The notes: generated by a model not told the origin, from the sequence alone. DNA of 32,000 nucleotides from Candidatus Heimdallarchaeota archaeon (GCA_030603365.1 JAUVXV010000004.1:261569-293568), one strand, 5' to 3'. Positions 1-22,891 are shown, numbered from the stretch's first letter. Program-made: numbers and translations.

Positions 1-1
1 G

Positions 2-172
2 AATCCTCGCGCTTCAATGAAATATGGTATTTCTTCCATTCCTAATTTCTTAGTTTTTCAAGATGGTAAGTTCCTTGGTAATGTTGTTGGTGCCGTTGGA
101 AAGAAACCTTTTGAAAAATTGTTTAAGAAATTATTATCAGATGATAAAGATAAAAAAGAGGGTTATACATAA
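2..172 (+). CDS. thioredoxin, C-terminal fragment (5' end lies outside the window)
   Basis: Frame 2 reads NPRASMKYGISSIPNFLVFQDGKFLGNVVGAVGKKPFEKLFKKLL...* with stop TAA at 170-172. The YGI-x-SIP-x-x-x-x-F-x-x-G ... G pattern is typical of the thioredoxin C-terminal half. It is absent from the ORF track because the window edge truncates it. Confidence 0.6.
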   Translation, partial: NPRASMKYGISSIPNFLVFQDGKFLGNVVGAVGKKPFEKLFKKLLSDDKDKKEGYT

Positions 173-177
173 CCTCT

Positions 178-2679
<2,502 letters not shown>

Positions 2680-2683
2680 TTAT

Positions 2684-4849
<2,166 letters not shown>

Positions 4850-5015
4850 TTATTGTCGGGTTATTTCTTGGAAATAATATATTATAAAAAAATAGAGTTT
4901 ACCCTTTAAAAAGACATTGGTTCAACCTACCAGAAGTAAATAGAACGGCAAAAGAGCCTTTTTTTGCCTTTTTGTCTAGTTATCTTTCTCTTTGTTGAAT
5001 TAAGTGCATCTTTTA

Positions 5016-5432
5016 TTAAGAAATAATTATTGTTCCTTCTTCACCTTCAACTGCTCTGAAAGCATGTTTTGGGTTAGTAATTATCGTTTTTCCTTGGGTT
5101 TTTTTTACAAAATTAATACTTGCTTCAATTTTAGAACCCATACTACCTTTAATGAAATGCCCTTCATTTGCAATTTGCATAGCCAATGCAAAATTTATTT
5201 CTCCAAGAATTTCTTGATTTTCTTTATTACAATTGAAATAAGCATTTGTAACATCTATTAAAATTAGAAGATTTTTTGCTTTAATCTGAGCAGCTAATAC
5301 AGCTGATGCATAATCTTTATCAATAACTGCCATTGCTCCTTCCAACTCTCCGTTTCCGCTAGTTAAAACTATGTTGTAACCTTGTTCAAGTAAATCAACG
5401 ATAACTTTAGCTGCTGGACTTGTATTTTGCAT
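5016..5432 (-). CDS. carbamate kinase-like protein, C-terminal half only (possible gene remnant)
   Basis: The 138-aa product aligns by eye with roughly the last 140 residues of carbamate kinases (AVIDKDYASAVLA..., LLILIDV, EGHFIKGSMGSKIEASINFV, IIT). The N-terminal half with the GGNAL region is missing. Only 45 nt separate the start from the upstream gene, so there is no room for it. Confidence 0.55.
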   Translation of the reverse strand: MQNTSPAAKVIVDLLEQGYNIVLTSGNGELEGAMAVIDKDYASAVLAAQIKAKNLLILIDVTNAYFNCNKENQEILGEINFALAMQIANEGHFIKGSMGSKIEASINFVKKTQGKTIITNPKHAFRAVEGEEGTIIIS

Positions 5433-5477
5433 TATAGAATCTTTTTTCTTTTACTCAAAAAATAGTAATCGCTTAAG

Positions 5478-6803
<1,326 letters not shown>

Positions 6804-6918
6804 TCACTTAAAAAGTGCATTGTTTCATGAGAATTTTTCATTTCTTTTTTACAATTAAAATTATATTATAAGGTATTTTTATACCATAACAACTGTTTAA
6901 AATTACTAAATTACATAG

Positions 6919-7617
<699 letters not shown>

Positions 7618-7622
7618 GAGAA

Positions 7623-8024
<402 letters not shown>

Positions 8025-8188
8025 TTATGCTTAAAAGAATAATAAAAAGCCAAGTTTGAGCTAGAGCAAGCCAGATTCTAGTCAATATCCGACATAAATG
8101 ATTTGAGAAATAGAAGAAATAATTAAGAAGGTTTTTAAGATTGGAGATTAATCCTTTTATCAAAAATCAACAATAAAACGAATTATAA

Positions 8189-8572
<384 letters not shown>

Positions 8573-8591
8573 ATATAAATGGTTGATTAAC

Positions 8592-9095
8592 ATGGTTAAA
8601 GCGATTGTATTGTTTAACTCTAAAGGCGGAAATACAAAGAAAGTAGCAATGAAAATTGCTGAAGGTTTAGAAACTGAAAGTCGAAGTAACAAGGAACTTC
8701 CAGACTTAACAGAATATGATCTGGTTGTCGTTGGATCCTGGGTCATCATGGGTCGAATAAGTTTTGCTGGAGCAAGATATTTGAGGAAACTAAAAAGAAA
8801 AGGTATTGACGGAAAGAAAGTAGCATTGTTCTTTACAAGTGGTGGACCAGACGAAGACCATCCATTTTCAAAGGATAAAGAAAATCCCAAGAAAATAAAA
8901 GAAGTAATGTTCGAAAAAATGGAAAATATCATAGCTAAGAATAAGCAGGTGACTATTATTCCTGAACGATTCTATTGCAAAGGCGCTATAAGGATGATGG
9001 GTGAAGTAAAGGATAATATTGGTCATCCCACAGAAGAAGAACTAGAACAAGCAAGATTATTTGGAGAACAATTGAAAACGCAATTAGAAGTATAA
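8592..9095 (+). CDS. flavodoxin-like protein
   Basis: The N-terminus MVKAIVLFNSKGGNTKKVAMKIAEGL matches the flavodoxin phosphate-binding loop (S/T-x-x-G-N-T), and the rest reads as an alpha/beta pattern. ATG at 8592 is preferred over TTG at 8583. Confidence 0.7.
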   Translation: MVKAIVLFNSKGGNTKKVAMKIAEGLETESRSNKELPDLTEYDLVVVGSWVIMGRISFAGARYLRKLKRKGIDGKKVALFFTSGGPDEDHPFSKDKENPKKIKEVMFEKMENIIAKNKQVTIIPERFYCKGAIRMMGEVKDNIGHPTEEELEQARLFGEQLKTQLEV

Positions 9096-9160
9096 TCTAT
9101 AAATTAAAACTAAGGTTATAGATAGAACCAAACATCTTCTATTCTTTTTCTTGTAAACGC

Positions 9161-9389
<229 letters not shown>

Positions 9390-9430
9390 GGACTAATCTA
9401 CTGCCATAAATATTTGATTTAATTCGAAAT

Positions 9431-9446
9431 ATTTAAATTAAAAATT
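9431..9446 (+). promoter_or_regulatory. candidate TATA-like box for tRNA-Ser
   Basis: ATTTAAATTAAAAATT lies about 30-45 nt upstream of the tRNA 5' end, in the divergent intergenic region shared with the 5S gene. Confidence 0.25.
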
Positions 9447-9475
9447 GATAGGGAAGTAGATAGAATATAATATAG

Positions 9476-9560
9476 GCCACGATACTCAAGCCTGGTATGA
9501 GGATAGATTGCTAATCTATTGTCGATAGACTCCGGGGTTCAAATCCCCGTCGTGGCTCCA
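9476..9560 (+). tRNA. tRNA-Ser (anticodon GCU), class II with long variable arm, CCA encoded
   Basis: Manual cloverleaf fold:
- acceptor GCCACGA/UCGUGGC
- D arm CUC-AAGCCUGGUAU-GAG
- anticodon stem AUAGA/UCUAU with loop UUGCUAA (anticodon GCU)
- variable arm GUC-GAUA-GAC
- T arm CGGGG-UUCAAAU-CCCCG
- discriminator U, then CCA at 9558-9560. Confidence 0.9.
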
Positions 9561-9661
9561 AATTATTCAACTTATTAGTTATTTCAATAGATTATTAGAA
9601 AAAATAAAAGGTCACCTAAAATAACTATTTAACTTTTTCATTAAATCAATTATGAAATTCC

Positions 9662-10213
<552 letters not shown>

Positions 10214-10313
10214 CTACACCAAAGATATATTACTCGTGAGAGGATATAAGTTTTATTCTTAAAATTACAAATTCCTTATTTTATAAGCTAATCTTCATCT
10301 TTAAAAAGACTAA

Positions 10314-13739
<3,426 letters not shown>

Positions 13740-13882
13740 CCTATAGATATTTGAAACTTAAATTTTCTATTTATATCATTTTTTTTGAGTTTAAAATGCT
13801 AATTCTTTAATTTATTTTCCCAACTACCCACGATAAACCTTAAGAATTACTAGTCTTGTTTCTCAATATCGCGACTGTTATT

Positions 13883-13892
13883 CCTATATAGG
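13883..13892 (+). promoter_or_regulatory. palindromic TATA-like element CCTATATAGG upstream of the membrane-arm operon
   Basis: It sits about 50-60 nt upstream of ATG 13944 and is followed by a GGAGG ribosome-binding site at 13929-13933. The call rests on position only. Confidence 0.3.
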
Positions 13893-13925
13893 TATAACAA
13901 GAAAGATAATAGAAAACAATCCTAA

Positions 13926-14960
<1,035 letters not shown>

Positions 14961-14965
14961 AGTAA

Positions 14966-15863
<898 letters not shown>

Positions 15864-15864
<1 letters not shown>

Positions 15865-16178
15865 TGTTAGAACAACTACATTTTATGATTCTTGGTATAG
15901 TCCTATTTTGTGTAGGATTATATGCATTGCTGAGTAAAAGAAATGTTATCAAGATTCTTATGGGAATCGAAATAATGACAATAGCTATCAACATTGTCTT
16001 TGTTTCATTAGGTAAGAACATTGCTAACGAGACATTTCTAGAATTTGCTCAGATCTTCCCATTGATTTCTATAGCAATAGGTGCAGCTGTTATGGCAGTA
16101 GGTTTAGCAATAGTCATTAACAACTATCGTCATGCAAAAAGCGTGGATAGCGATGAAATGGCTACATTGAAAAGGTGA
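15864..16178 (+). CDS. NuoK/ND4L-like (MnhC-like) membrane subunit
   Basis: It is 104 aa with three TM helices and carries the NuoK-type core LSKRNVIKILMGIEIMTIAINIVFV with a membrane-embedded Glu. It overlaps the upstream gene by TAATG. Confidence 0.85.
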
Positions 16179-16180
16179 TT

Positions 16181-18028
16181 ATGATGGCAGATCCAATATT
16201 TATATACGCAATAATCGCAGTATTAACTCCAATAGGTGGAGCATTTTTATCTCTCCTATTGAAGAAATGGAAAGAAATCAGAAACATCTTCAGTGTCAGT
16301 ACTATTGCTGTTTCTGCACTGATGTCAATTTTGATTTTTGCTACTTATGGTGGAACAGCTGTAGCTTATGATTTCTCATGGGCAAATTGGTTGGCAAATT
16401 CATCAACTAACACAATGGAATCAGGATTCTATTTCGATTCACTATCAACAATGATGGTTCTAATAGTATCTATACTAAGTATGCTGATTGCATTCTTCTC
16501 ACTTGAATATATGAAGGAAGACAAGAACTTACTCCGTTATTGGTTCTTTATTCAACTATTCGTAGGTGGAATGCTTTTACTAGTACTAGCACATGATATG
16601 GTTTTGCTATTCGTAGGCTGGGAAATTGTCGGTCTATGTTCTTGTTTCCTCATAGGTCATTACTTTATGAAGAAAGGAGAAGAAGGTACCAAACCAGCTA
16701 AAAGTGGAATAAAAGCTCTTATTATGACAGGTATAGGTGATGTTGGTTTCTTAGCATTCTTAGCATGGTCATACTCTTTGAACATAGGTGCTGGAGTAAC
16801 AAACCCACTACTGATTGATACATCTACCTTTGGTGGTGTATATCCAGTTTTCATGAGCATCTTGCTACTATTAGCTCCAATTACAAAATCTGCTCAATTC
16901 CCACTACAATCATGGTTGAGTTCGGGTGATACAGTAGATATTGATGCTATGCAAGGTCCAACAACTGTTTCTGCACTTATTCATGCTGCAACAATGGTTA
17001 AAGCTGGTGTATATTTAGTCGCACGATTTAGCCCATACTGGGATAGTGACTTCTTCTATATTGCACTAATGATAATTGCTGGAATTTCCTGTGTAGCAGC
17101 TGCTATTGGTGCTCTAGTAACAACAGATCTGAAAAGAATTCTGGCTTACAGTACAATTTCACAACTGAGTTACATGTTTCTAGCTTTTACTATAAGAGAA
17201 GAGCATGCTAATGGTCTAATTCCAGGTCAAGCTCATTTGTTATCTCACTCAATATTCAAAGCTCTACTGTTCTTGTCAGCAGGGGCAATAATTCATTCTG
17301 TTGCTCAAGAGCGAGACATTAAGAAGATGGGTGGATTGCGAAAAGAGATACCATGGACTTATGGATTCATGTTAGTTGGTGTTGTTGGTCTAATGGGTAT
17401 TCCTGTCATTTCAAATGGAGGTTTTTCAAAAGAAATGATAATTACAACTTCCTTTGAAGCAGCAGCTGAAAATCCAATGCACTGGTTTACCTTCATTGTA
17501 GCAGTATTGACGGCATTCATAACAACACTATATGCCGCAAGAATGTTCTTGATGATTTTCCACGGAAAGAACAGAGGAGCTAAAGTACATAAACCAAAAT
17601 ACATAATGAGAATTACTCTAGGAATTCTAGCTGTTCTTGTTGTTGCAACTGGTTTCATAATTGAAGGTCCTGTAAGTAACTTCTTCTCTGGAGAAACAGG
17701 TTATACATTCATGCACGTTGAAATTGTACCATTCCTTTGCGCAATTGGAGCAATAATATTTGGATTACTTGTTGCATACTTACTATATGGTAAGGGACAA
17801 ACTGAAGTGAAGTTTGTTGAAAACAATAAAGTATTCAAATCTCTAAGCACAGTTGTAGCAAATGGTTTCTATATAGATCATCTGTATAGCATGGTGTTTG
17901 TTAAACCTGTATTCTGGATTGGTCAGAAAATTGCCTTCCTTAAAACTGGAAAAATTAACTGGAACATGATTTTAGGATCCGTAGTAGCGGTAGCAACTAT
18001 CGTTATTCTAGTGATGGTGATTGTCTAA
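16181..18028 (+). CDS. NuoL/ND5-like antiporter-type subunit with C-terminal lateral-helix region
   Basis: It carries the WEIVGLCSCFLIGHYF motif (canonical WEGVGLCSYLLIGF). The C-terminal GFYIDHLYSMVFVKPVFWIG matches the NuoL GFD-x-LY-x-x-x-FVKP segment that precedes the amphipathic helix and last TM. An AAGGTGAT ribosome-binding site favours ATG at 16181 or 16184 over GTG at 16175. Confidence 0.88.
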   Translation: MMADPIFIYAIIAVLTPIGGAFLSLLLKKWKEIRNIFSVSTIAVSALMSILIFATYGGTAVAYDFSWANWLANSSTNTMESGFYFDSLSTMMVLIVSILSMLIAFFSLEYMKEDKNLLRYWFFIQLFVGGMLLLVLAHDMVLLFVGWEIVGLCSCFLIGHYFMKKGEEGTKPAKSGIKALIMTGIGDVGFLAFLAWSYSLNIGAGVTNPLLIDTSTFGGVYPVFMSILLLLAPITKSAQFPLQSWLSSGDTVDIDAMQGPTTVSALIHAATMVKAGVYLVARFSPYWDSDFFYIALMIIAGISCVAAAIGALVTTDLKRILAYSTISQLSYMFLAFTIREEHANGLIPGQAHLLSHSIFKALLFLSAGAIIHSVAQERDIKKMGGLRKEIPWTYGFMLVGVVGLMGIPVISNGGFSKEMIITTSFEAAAENPMHWFTFIVAVLTAFITTLYAARMFLMIFHGKNRGAKVHKPKYIMRITLGILAVLVVATGFIIEGPVSNFFSGETGYTFMHVEIVPFLCAIGAIIFGLLVAYLLYGKGQTEVKFVENNKVFKSLSTVVANGFYIDHLYSMVFVKPVFWIGQKIAFLKTGKINWNMILGSVVAVATIVILVMVIV

Positions 18029-19506
18029 TGGCACTTAGTACTTATCTCTCTCTACTCATGCTTGTACCTATCGCTGGTGCAGGTTTGATTGCGTTGTTTG
18101 AACAACTGAAGAAGCACTTGACTAAAATAAAGATATGCTCAGATTGTGTTAATCATGCATTAGCTAATCTTGTAGCACTAGGTACTTTCCTTCTTGGAAT
18201 CGTATCTGTATTCAATCAAGGGTGGCAAACTTATCTGAATGATAATTCTGGTTTACTCTTGGAATATGGTATGATACAAGCAGTTCTAGTAACTATCTTC
18301 AGTTTCCTAGTTTGGATGGCTGTACTTTTCAGTGTTAATTACATGAAAGGTAAGAGTGGCTTAGGCTATTATTATGCACTAATCCTAACATTACTAACAG
18401 GTTTGATTGTTGTAATCATGGCAAATAACTTCATCACTCTATTCATTGGGTGGGAAATGTTTGCTTTAAGTGGTTATGTGCTAGTTGCATTCGAAAGAAT
18501 GAAACGTGGTGCAGTAGAAGCTTCTCTTAAGTACTTTATCATGTCAACTGCTGGAAGTATGCTAGTCTTACTGGCAACAGCATTAACATATGGTTACTTT
18601 GGTACAGTAAACTTCGCATTAATAGCAACTAGAGTACATTGGATTAGTGGTGGAGTTTTAGGATTGATTATTGCATTGTTTATTACTGGTTTTTCAGTAA
18701 CAGCTGCAATGTTGTTCCTAAATGCCTGGTTACCAGATGCCCACAGTTCGGCTCCTTCAACCATTTCAGCTTTACTATCTGGAATTGTTGTTAAAGCCGG
18801 TGCTTTTGGTATCTACAGAACTCTCTACTCTGCTTATCCCAATATGGTACCTGCAGGTGTAGTTCTCTCTTGGATTGGTGTCTTGACCATGTTTGAAGGA
18901 AACTTCTTAGTGTTCTCTCAATTCTGGCGAAAAGATATCATAGACTTCAAGAGAATATTAGCTTATTCAACAACCGTACATCTAGGGTATATCATTCTAG
19001 GTATAGGTTCTAATACTATGCTAGGAGTTCATGCATCTGTGTTCCATATACTAACACATTCAATTGCTAAAGGATCTCTGTTTTTGCTCAGCGGCACACT
19101 AATTGCAGCTGTAAGCTCAAGGGATATACGTGATATGAAAGGAATTGGAAGAAGATCACCATTCATTGGTGTCATTCTGACTATAGCTCTCCTCTCTCTT
19201 GGTGGTATTCCAATAACCGCTGGTTTTATCTCAAAACTGATGGTTGTTTTGGCTACTTTTAATGGAGCTGGAGCATTAGGTAATAACATAGCATTAGTTG
19301 TTATGGCTATAATCAACTCCTTGTTAGCTTTAGGAGGTTATCTATACATTCTCAAGATAATGTTGTTCGATGAACCTGAAGCTAAATCTGAGGAGAAGGT
19401 AAAAATACCAATATTCCAAGCAATATCTCTAACTATCTTAGCAGTTGTAATATTACTACTAGGATTTTGGCCAGACCTTATTCTACAACCAATAATTGGA
19501 ATTTAA
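18028..19506 (+). CDS. NuoN/ND2-like (or NuoM-like) antiporter-type subunit
   Basis: It carries WEMFALSGYVLVAFER...EASLKYFIMSTAGSMLVL, typical of NuoN/NuoM and Mrp antiporter-like subunits. It overlaps nuoL-like by TAATG. Confidence 0.82.
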   Translation: MALSTYLSLLMLVPIAGAGLIALFEQLKKHLTKIKICSDCVNHALANLVALGTFLLGIVSVFNQGWQTYLNDNSGLLLEYGMIQAVLVTIFSFLVWMAVLFSVNYMKGKSGLGYYYALILTLLTGLIVVIMANNFITLFIGWEMFALSGYVLVAFERMKRGAVEASLKYFIMSTAGSMLVLLATALTYGYFGTVNFALIATRVHWISGGVLGLIIALFITGFSVTAAMLFLNAWLPDAHSSAPSTISALLSGIVVKAGAFGIYRTLYSAYPNMVPAGVVLSWIGVLTMFEGNFLVFSQFWRKDIIDFKRILAYSTTVHLGYIILGIGSNTMLGVHASVFHILTHSIAKGSLFLLSGTLIAAVSSRDIRDMKGIGRRSPFIGVILTIALLSLGGIPITAGFISKLMVVLATFNGAGALGNNIALVVMAIINSLLALGGYLYILKIMLFDEPEAKSEEKVKIPIFQAISLTILAVVILLLGFWPDLILQPIIGI

Positions 19507-19516
19507 TCATTCCAAC

Positions 19517-19542
19517 CTTTTCTTTTTCTTTTTCTTTTCTTG
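19517..19542 (+). terminator. T-rich tract downstream of the membrane-arm operon
   Basis: TTTTCTTTTTCTTTTTCTTTTCTTG begins 11 nt after the stop codon. This is archaeal oligo-T terminator style. Confidence 0.45.
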
Positions 19543-19617
19543 TTAAACACAGAAATATAAAATGCACATCAGAGATTTTTTCAATAGATTTTTTAAGCAG
19601 TCAAATTCTTTACATGT

Positions 19618-19986
19618 ATGATCTTGGAGATAATTGATGGGGTATTTGTTATCTGCGCAGGAATAATCACTGCTATGTTGTGGGTTGTTGTGTTAGTAAA
19701 GAAATTAGAACACAAATTCATAGAAAAGAAATTTGAAAGGGTTTTTCATATTGCAGCAGAATTTCTGATGTCTTCTATAGCAATTATTGCAGGAATTATA
19801 TTGCTGTTAAAGCATTTCTTAGGTGTGCCATTGTTTTATCTTGCTATGGGATTAATTCTTTATGCATTAGTTAATGCTATTGGAATATATTGGGAGAAAA
19901 GATACAGGTTACTGGTCTTAATACTAATAATATCTACTTTGATTACCATAGTGCTAATAGCTGTCTCTCTTGCTTTACTAGTTTAA
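19618..19986 (+). CDS. small integral membrane protein (about 4 TM helices), unknown function
   Basis: This 122-aa hydrophobic ORF starts with ATG and sits between the two convergent hydrogenase operons. I recognise no motif. Confidence 0.5.
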   Translation: MILEIIDGVFVICAGIITAMLWVVVLVKKLEHKFIEKKFERVFHIAAEFLMSSIAIIAGIILLLKHFLGVPLFYLAMGLILYALVNAIGIYWEKRYRLLVLILIISTLITIVLIAVSLALLV

Positions 19987-19997
19987 CATGAAACATA

Positions 19998-20039
19998 GAA
20001 ACAAAAATAGAATAAACAAAAAATAAAAAGAAAAGGAAA
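19998..20039 (-). terminator. T-rich tract downstream of the soluble-arm operon
   Basis: The minus strand after the stop reads ATTTCCTTTTCTTTTTATTTTTTGTTTATTCTATTTTTG. Confidence 0.4.
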
Positions 20040-20513
20040 TTATTCCTCTTGAGGAATTTCTTTCTTCTCTACACCAATAAGATCTTCTTTTAATTTTCCT
20101 AGAAGTGTAGCTATTGCATGAACAATATTCTCTGGTCTTGGTGGGCATCCATATACCCAAGCATCAATTGGGAGAACATGATCAATACCACCTAAAACAA
20201 ATGGACATTCTTGGAATACACCGCCTGATGTACAACAATTGCCAACTGCTACCACAAATTTTGGTAAGGGCATCTGCTCATATACTCGTTTTACTCGTTC
20301 TGCTACTTGAACAGTAACTGGACCAGTGATAACTAGAACATCTGCTTGTCTTGGAGTTCCTCTAAGAGTTATACCATATTGCTCAAGATCATGCCGGGGA
20401 GTTAAAGCATCAACAATTTCAATGTCACAACCATTACATCCTCCAGCATTCATGTGAATAATCCATGGGGATTTTAATGCACAGAATACACCAAATTTCT
20501 TTAGCCAACCCAT
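20040..20513 (-). CDS. group-4 [NiFe]-hydrogenase small subunit (NuoB-like, one [4Fe-4S] cluster)
   Basis: Four cluster cysteines occur in the canonical contexts GGCNGCDIE, GNCCTSGG and GCPPRPE. ATG at 20513 follows GAGGTTGA; the ORF track start at 20522 is TTG. Confidence 0.9.
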   Translation of the reverse strand: MGWLKKFGVFCALKSPWIIHMNAGGCNGCDIEIVDALTPRHDLEQYGITLRGTPRQADVLVITGPVTVQVAERVKRVYEQMPLPKFVVAVGNCCTSGGVFQECPFVLGGIDHVLPIDAWVYGCPPRPENIVHAIATLLGKLKEDLIGVEKKEIPQEE

Positions 20514-20518
20514 TTTAA

Positions 20519-20992
20519 TCAACCTCTAAACTCCTCTATTTCTTTAATCTTCTTGCCACCTTCTTCAATAAGTTCCTGCAATTTCTTGTCAGCAGTATCT
20601 CCTTTGTAACTACCTTTGGCAACTAACATATCATAGTCTTGTCGAACATTGAAGGAGAATAGTGAATTGGATAAGCTGGGTTCTCTGTCTATGTGGATAG
20701 CATCCTTTGGACAGTATGTTTGGCAATGACCGCACCACATACATTGAGGACGTAGAATCCAAATCATTCCATTATCTTTGTTTTCTTTATCCATCCCTAA
20801 ACAGTGTGAAGGGCAGACATTGACACATGTTCCACACATGATACATCTATCCTCGATAATAGCGGGGATAGTTCTGATATCTTCAGGAGGAGGATTCTCT
20901 GCAATTCTCTTAAGAACATGTTTTGTTACAGGTCCTTTAGCTTGATTTTTGAGAGCTTCTCCACCCATTACTAATACTTTCTTCATCTTCAT
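20519..20992 (-). CDS. 2x[4Fe-4S] ferredoxin-type subunit (NuoI-like)
   Basis: It has two CxxCxxCxxxCP motifs (CIMCGTCVNVCP and CMWCGHCQTYCP). GAGGTGAA lies upstream of the ATG. Confidence 0.9.
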   Translation of the reverse strand: MKMKKVLVMGGEALKNQAKGPVTKHVLKRIAENPPPEDIRTIPAIIEDRCIMCGTCVNVCPSHCLGMDKENKDNGMIWILRPQCMWCGHCQTYCPKDAIHIDREPSLSNSLFSFNVRQDYDMLVAKGSYKGDTADKKLQELIEEGGKKIKEIEEFRG

Positions 20993-20998
20993 TTCACC

Positions 20999-22252
20999 TC
21001 AGAAAAATGGCCGATTATACTTCTTAGCTTTGATAGCTTTACGAGCAAATTCGTCCTGATTTAGTATCATTTTTTCACCAGTATTTTCGTTAATTAACAT
21101 AACCCTATTTGTACAAGAGAAACAAGGGTCATAGCTTCGTAGAATAACTGGCATATCAGCAATATATTCTCCATCCATTCTCTTTAAAGTCGCATCAATG
21201 TTTCCTAACGATGGTGCTCTTATTTTATATCTATCTGGCTTATCAGTACCATTTGCAATTGCATAATGGACATCTTCTCCTCTTGGAGCTTCTGCTCTAG
21301 CCATATATGTTCCTTCTGGAATTCTTTGTTTAACTCTTACAAGTAGCTCTCCTTGTGTAGATTCTAGTTGATCTAAAATCTGTTTGCACATTTGCAATGA
21401 TTCTAGTGTTTCATCAACTCTTACAAGTGTAGTTGCTAATACATCCCCTTCAGGATAACAAACTAAATTCCAGTCTATTTTATCATATAGCTCATAGGGA
21501 GTTGATTTTCGAACATCGAAAGGTAATCCAGAAGCTCTTGCTGTTGGGCCATTAGGTGTTGTTTTCTTGGCTTCATCCTTTGTTAATACACCAACATCTT
21601 TCAAACGATTTGTAATTGAAGCTTCTTCAACGAATACTTTTCTATGATATTGTACTTTCTTTATTAATTCATCAAGAAGAGGTCTAGCCCAGTCAGCTTT
21701 CTCTTTAGGAATATCTCTTTTTACTCCACCTGGAAGCATTAAAGCAGGATTAACTCTGTTGCCACTCAATTTCTCTACAATATCCATTATTATCTCACGA
21801 TCTCTCCATGAGATGTGCAGCAATGTATCGAATCCAGCATCATGTGCAAGAATTCCATACCAAAGAATATGGGAATGAATACGTTCTGCTTCACAACTGA
21901 ACATACGAATCAACCTTGCTCTTTCAGAAATCTGATCTTCAACACCAGCTAACCTATCCACAACACGCACATACACGTTTTGATGAACAGCACTGCAAAT
22001 TCCACAAGCTCTGGGTATTAACATGGTGTTTTGTCTCCATGTTCTGTTTTCCATAGCTTTTTCAATACCTCTCAAATTGAACCCAATTCGTATATCAGCT
22101 TCAACTACCCTTTCACCTTTAAGATGAATGATAAAGTGTGCTGGTTCTTCACACCAAGGGTGTTGGGGTCCTATAAAGATATGATGATCAGCATCTTCAG
22201 GGCCATCACTACCATCTGTTAGTGTTCTAAATCTTGATCTGTATTCAGTCAT
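20999..22252 (-). CDS. group-4 [NiFe]-hydrogenase large (catalytic) subunit, NuoD-like
   Basis: The N-terminal Ni-Fe ligand motif is R-A-C-G-I-C-S-A-V-H. The C-terminal motif is D-P-C-F-S-C-T-N-R, followed by a ~32-aa extension of the kind removed by the maturation endopeptidase. GPQHP and RGIEK core motifs are present. A GGAGGAG ribosome-binding site lies inside the end of the upstream gene. Confidence 0.92.
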   Translation of the reverse strand: MTEYRSRFRTLTDGSDGPEDADHHIFIGPQHPWCEEPAHFIIHLKGERVVEADIRIGFNLRGIEKAMENRTWRQNTMLIPRACGICSAVHQNVYVRVVDRLAGVEDQISERARLIRMFSCEAERIHSHILWYGILAHDAGFDTLLHISWRDREIIMDIVEKLSGNRVNPALMLPGGVKRDIPKEKADWARPLLDELIKKVQYHRKVFVEEASITNRLKDVGVLTKDEAKKTTPNGPTARASGLPFDVRKSTPYELYDKIDWNLVCYPEGDVLATTLVRVDETLESLQMCKQILDQLESTQGELLVRVKQRIPEGTYMARAEAPRGEDVHYAIANGTDKPDRYKIRAPSLGNIDATLKRMDGEYIADMPVILRSYDPCFSCTNRVMLINENTGEKMILNQDEFARKAIKAKKYNRPFF

Positions 22253-22253
22253 T

Positions 22254-22775
22254 TTATTTCTCCTCCAAACTCTCTTTGGCTATTTTCATGGTTATCTCTT
22301 TAATTTGTTCCCATGAATATTCTTTGCGCATTGGTTTGACATCATCTGGCCATTTTTCAGGTAGAATTATTCTCTGAAGGAATGGATGATTCTCGAAGTA
22401 AACTCCATAGAAATCATAGATCTCTCTTTCATAGTAGTCAGCTGCAACAAAAAAGTCCACCATACTTGGAGACTTTGGATTTTTCTTATCAACTTTTGTA
22501 ATAATGAAGTTTATTGGAACTTCTCTAAACTCCTCCTCTATTCTATGTTGAATATGGTAACAAATGTTGAATCCGTCTTCCTTTTCAAAACCACTTACGG
22601 TTGAAAGGTGATAAATACCGGCCTCTTCATGAAGAATTTTCATAAGGTTATAGGCATTTTTTGTGTTAACCAAGAGGTCAAAATGACCCTCTTCAACCTT
22701 AACTGTTTCTTCAACAAGATTTTCTGGTAAAGTTACGTTTAAAATACTTTCTAGTTCTTTGAGTTCATCACTCAT
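22254..22775 (-). CDS. NuoC-like (30-kDa) subunit of the hydrogenase complex
   Basis: The C-terminal signature ADYYEREIYDFYGVYFENHP matches NuoC, HycE N-terminal domain and MbhK. It is the first gene of the C-D-I-B operon. Confidence 0.85.
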   Translation of the reverse strand: MSDELKELESILNVTLPENLVEETVKVEEGHFDLLVNTKNAYNLMKILHEEAGIYHLSTVSGFEKEDGFNICYHIQHRIEEEFREVPINFIITKVDKKNPKSPSMVDFFVAADYYEREIYDFYGVYFENHPFLQRIILPEKWPDDVKPMRKEYSWEQIKEITMKIAKESLEEK

Positions 22776-22891
22776 AAGAAGTCCTCACATAGCATTTTAT
22801 TTAATCTTTATACAGTAATAAAAAAAGGTTGTGCTGTATAGATGTGAATTTTATAGAAGAATAGTTGTTTATATTACTCTTTACTGAAGTA

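Noticed and set aside
4946-4967. Hairpin GGCAAAA-gagccttt-TTTTGCC between the carbamate-kinase-like gene and gyrB
   Set aside because: It could be a terminator for the upstream minus-strand gene. However, the T-run follows the hairpin on the plus strand, where no gene ends, and the stem is A/T-rich. It is too weak to call.
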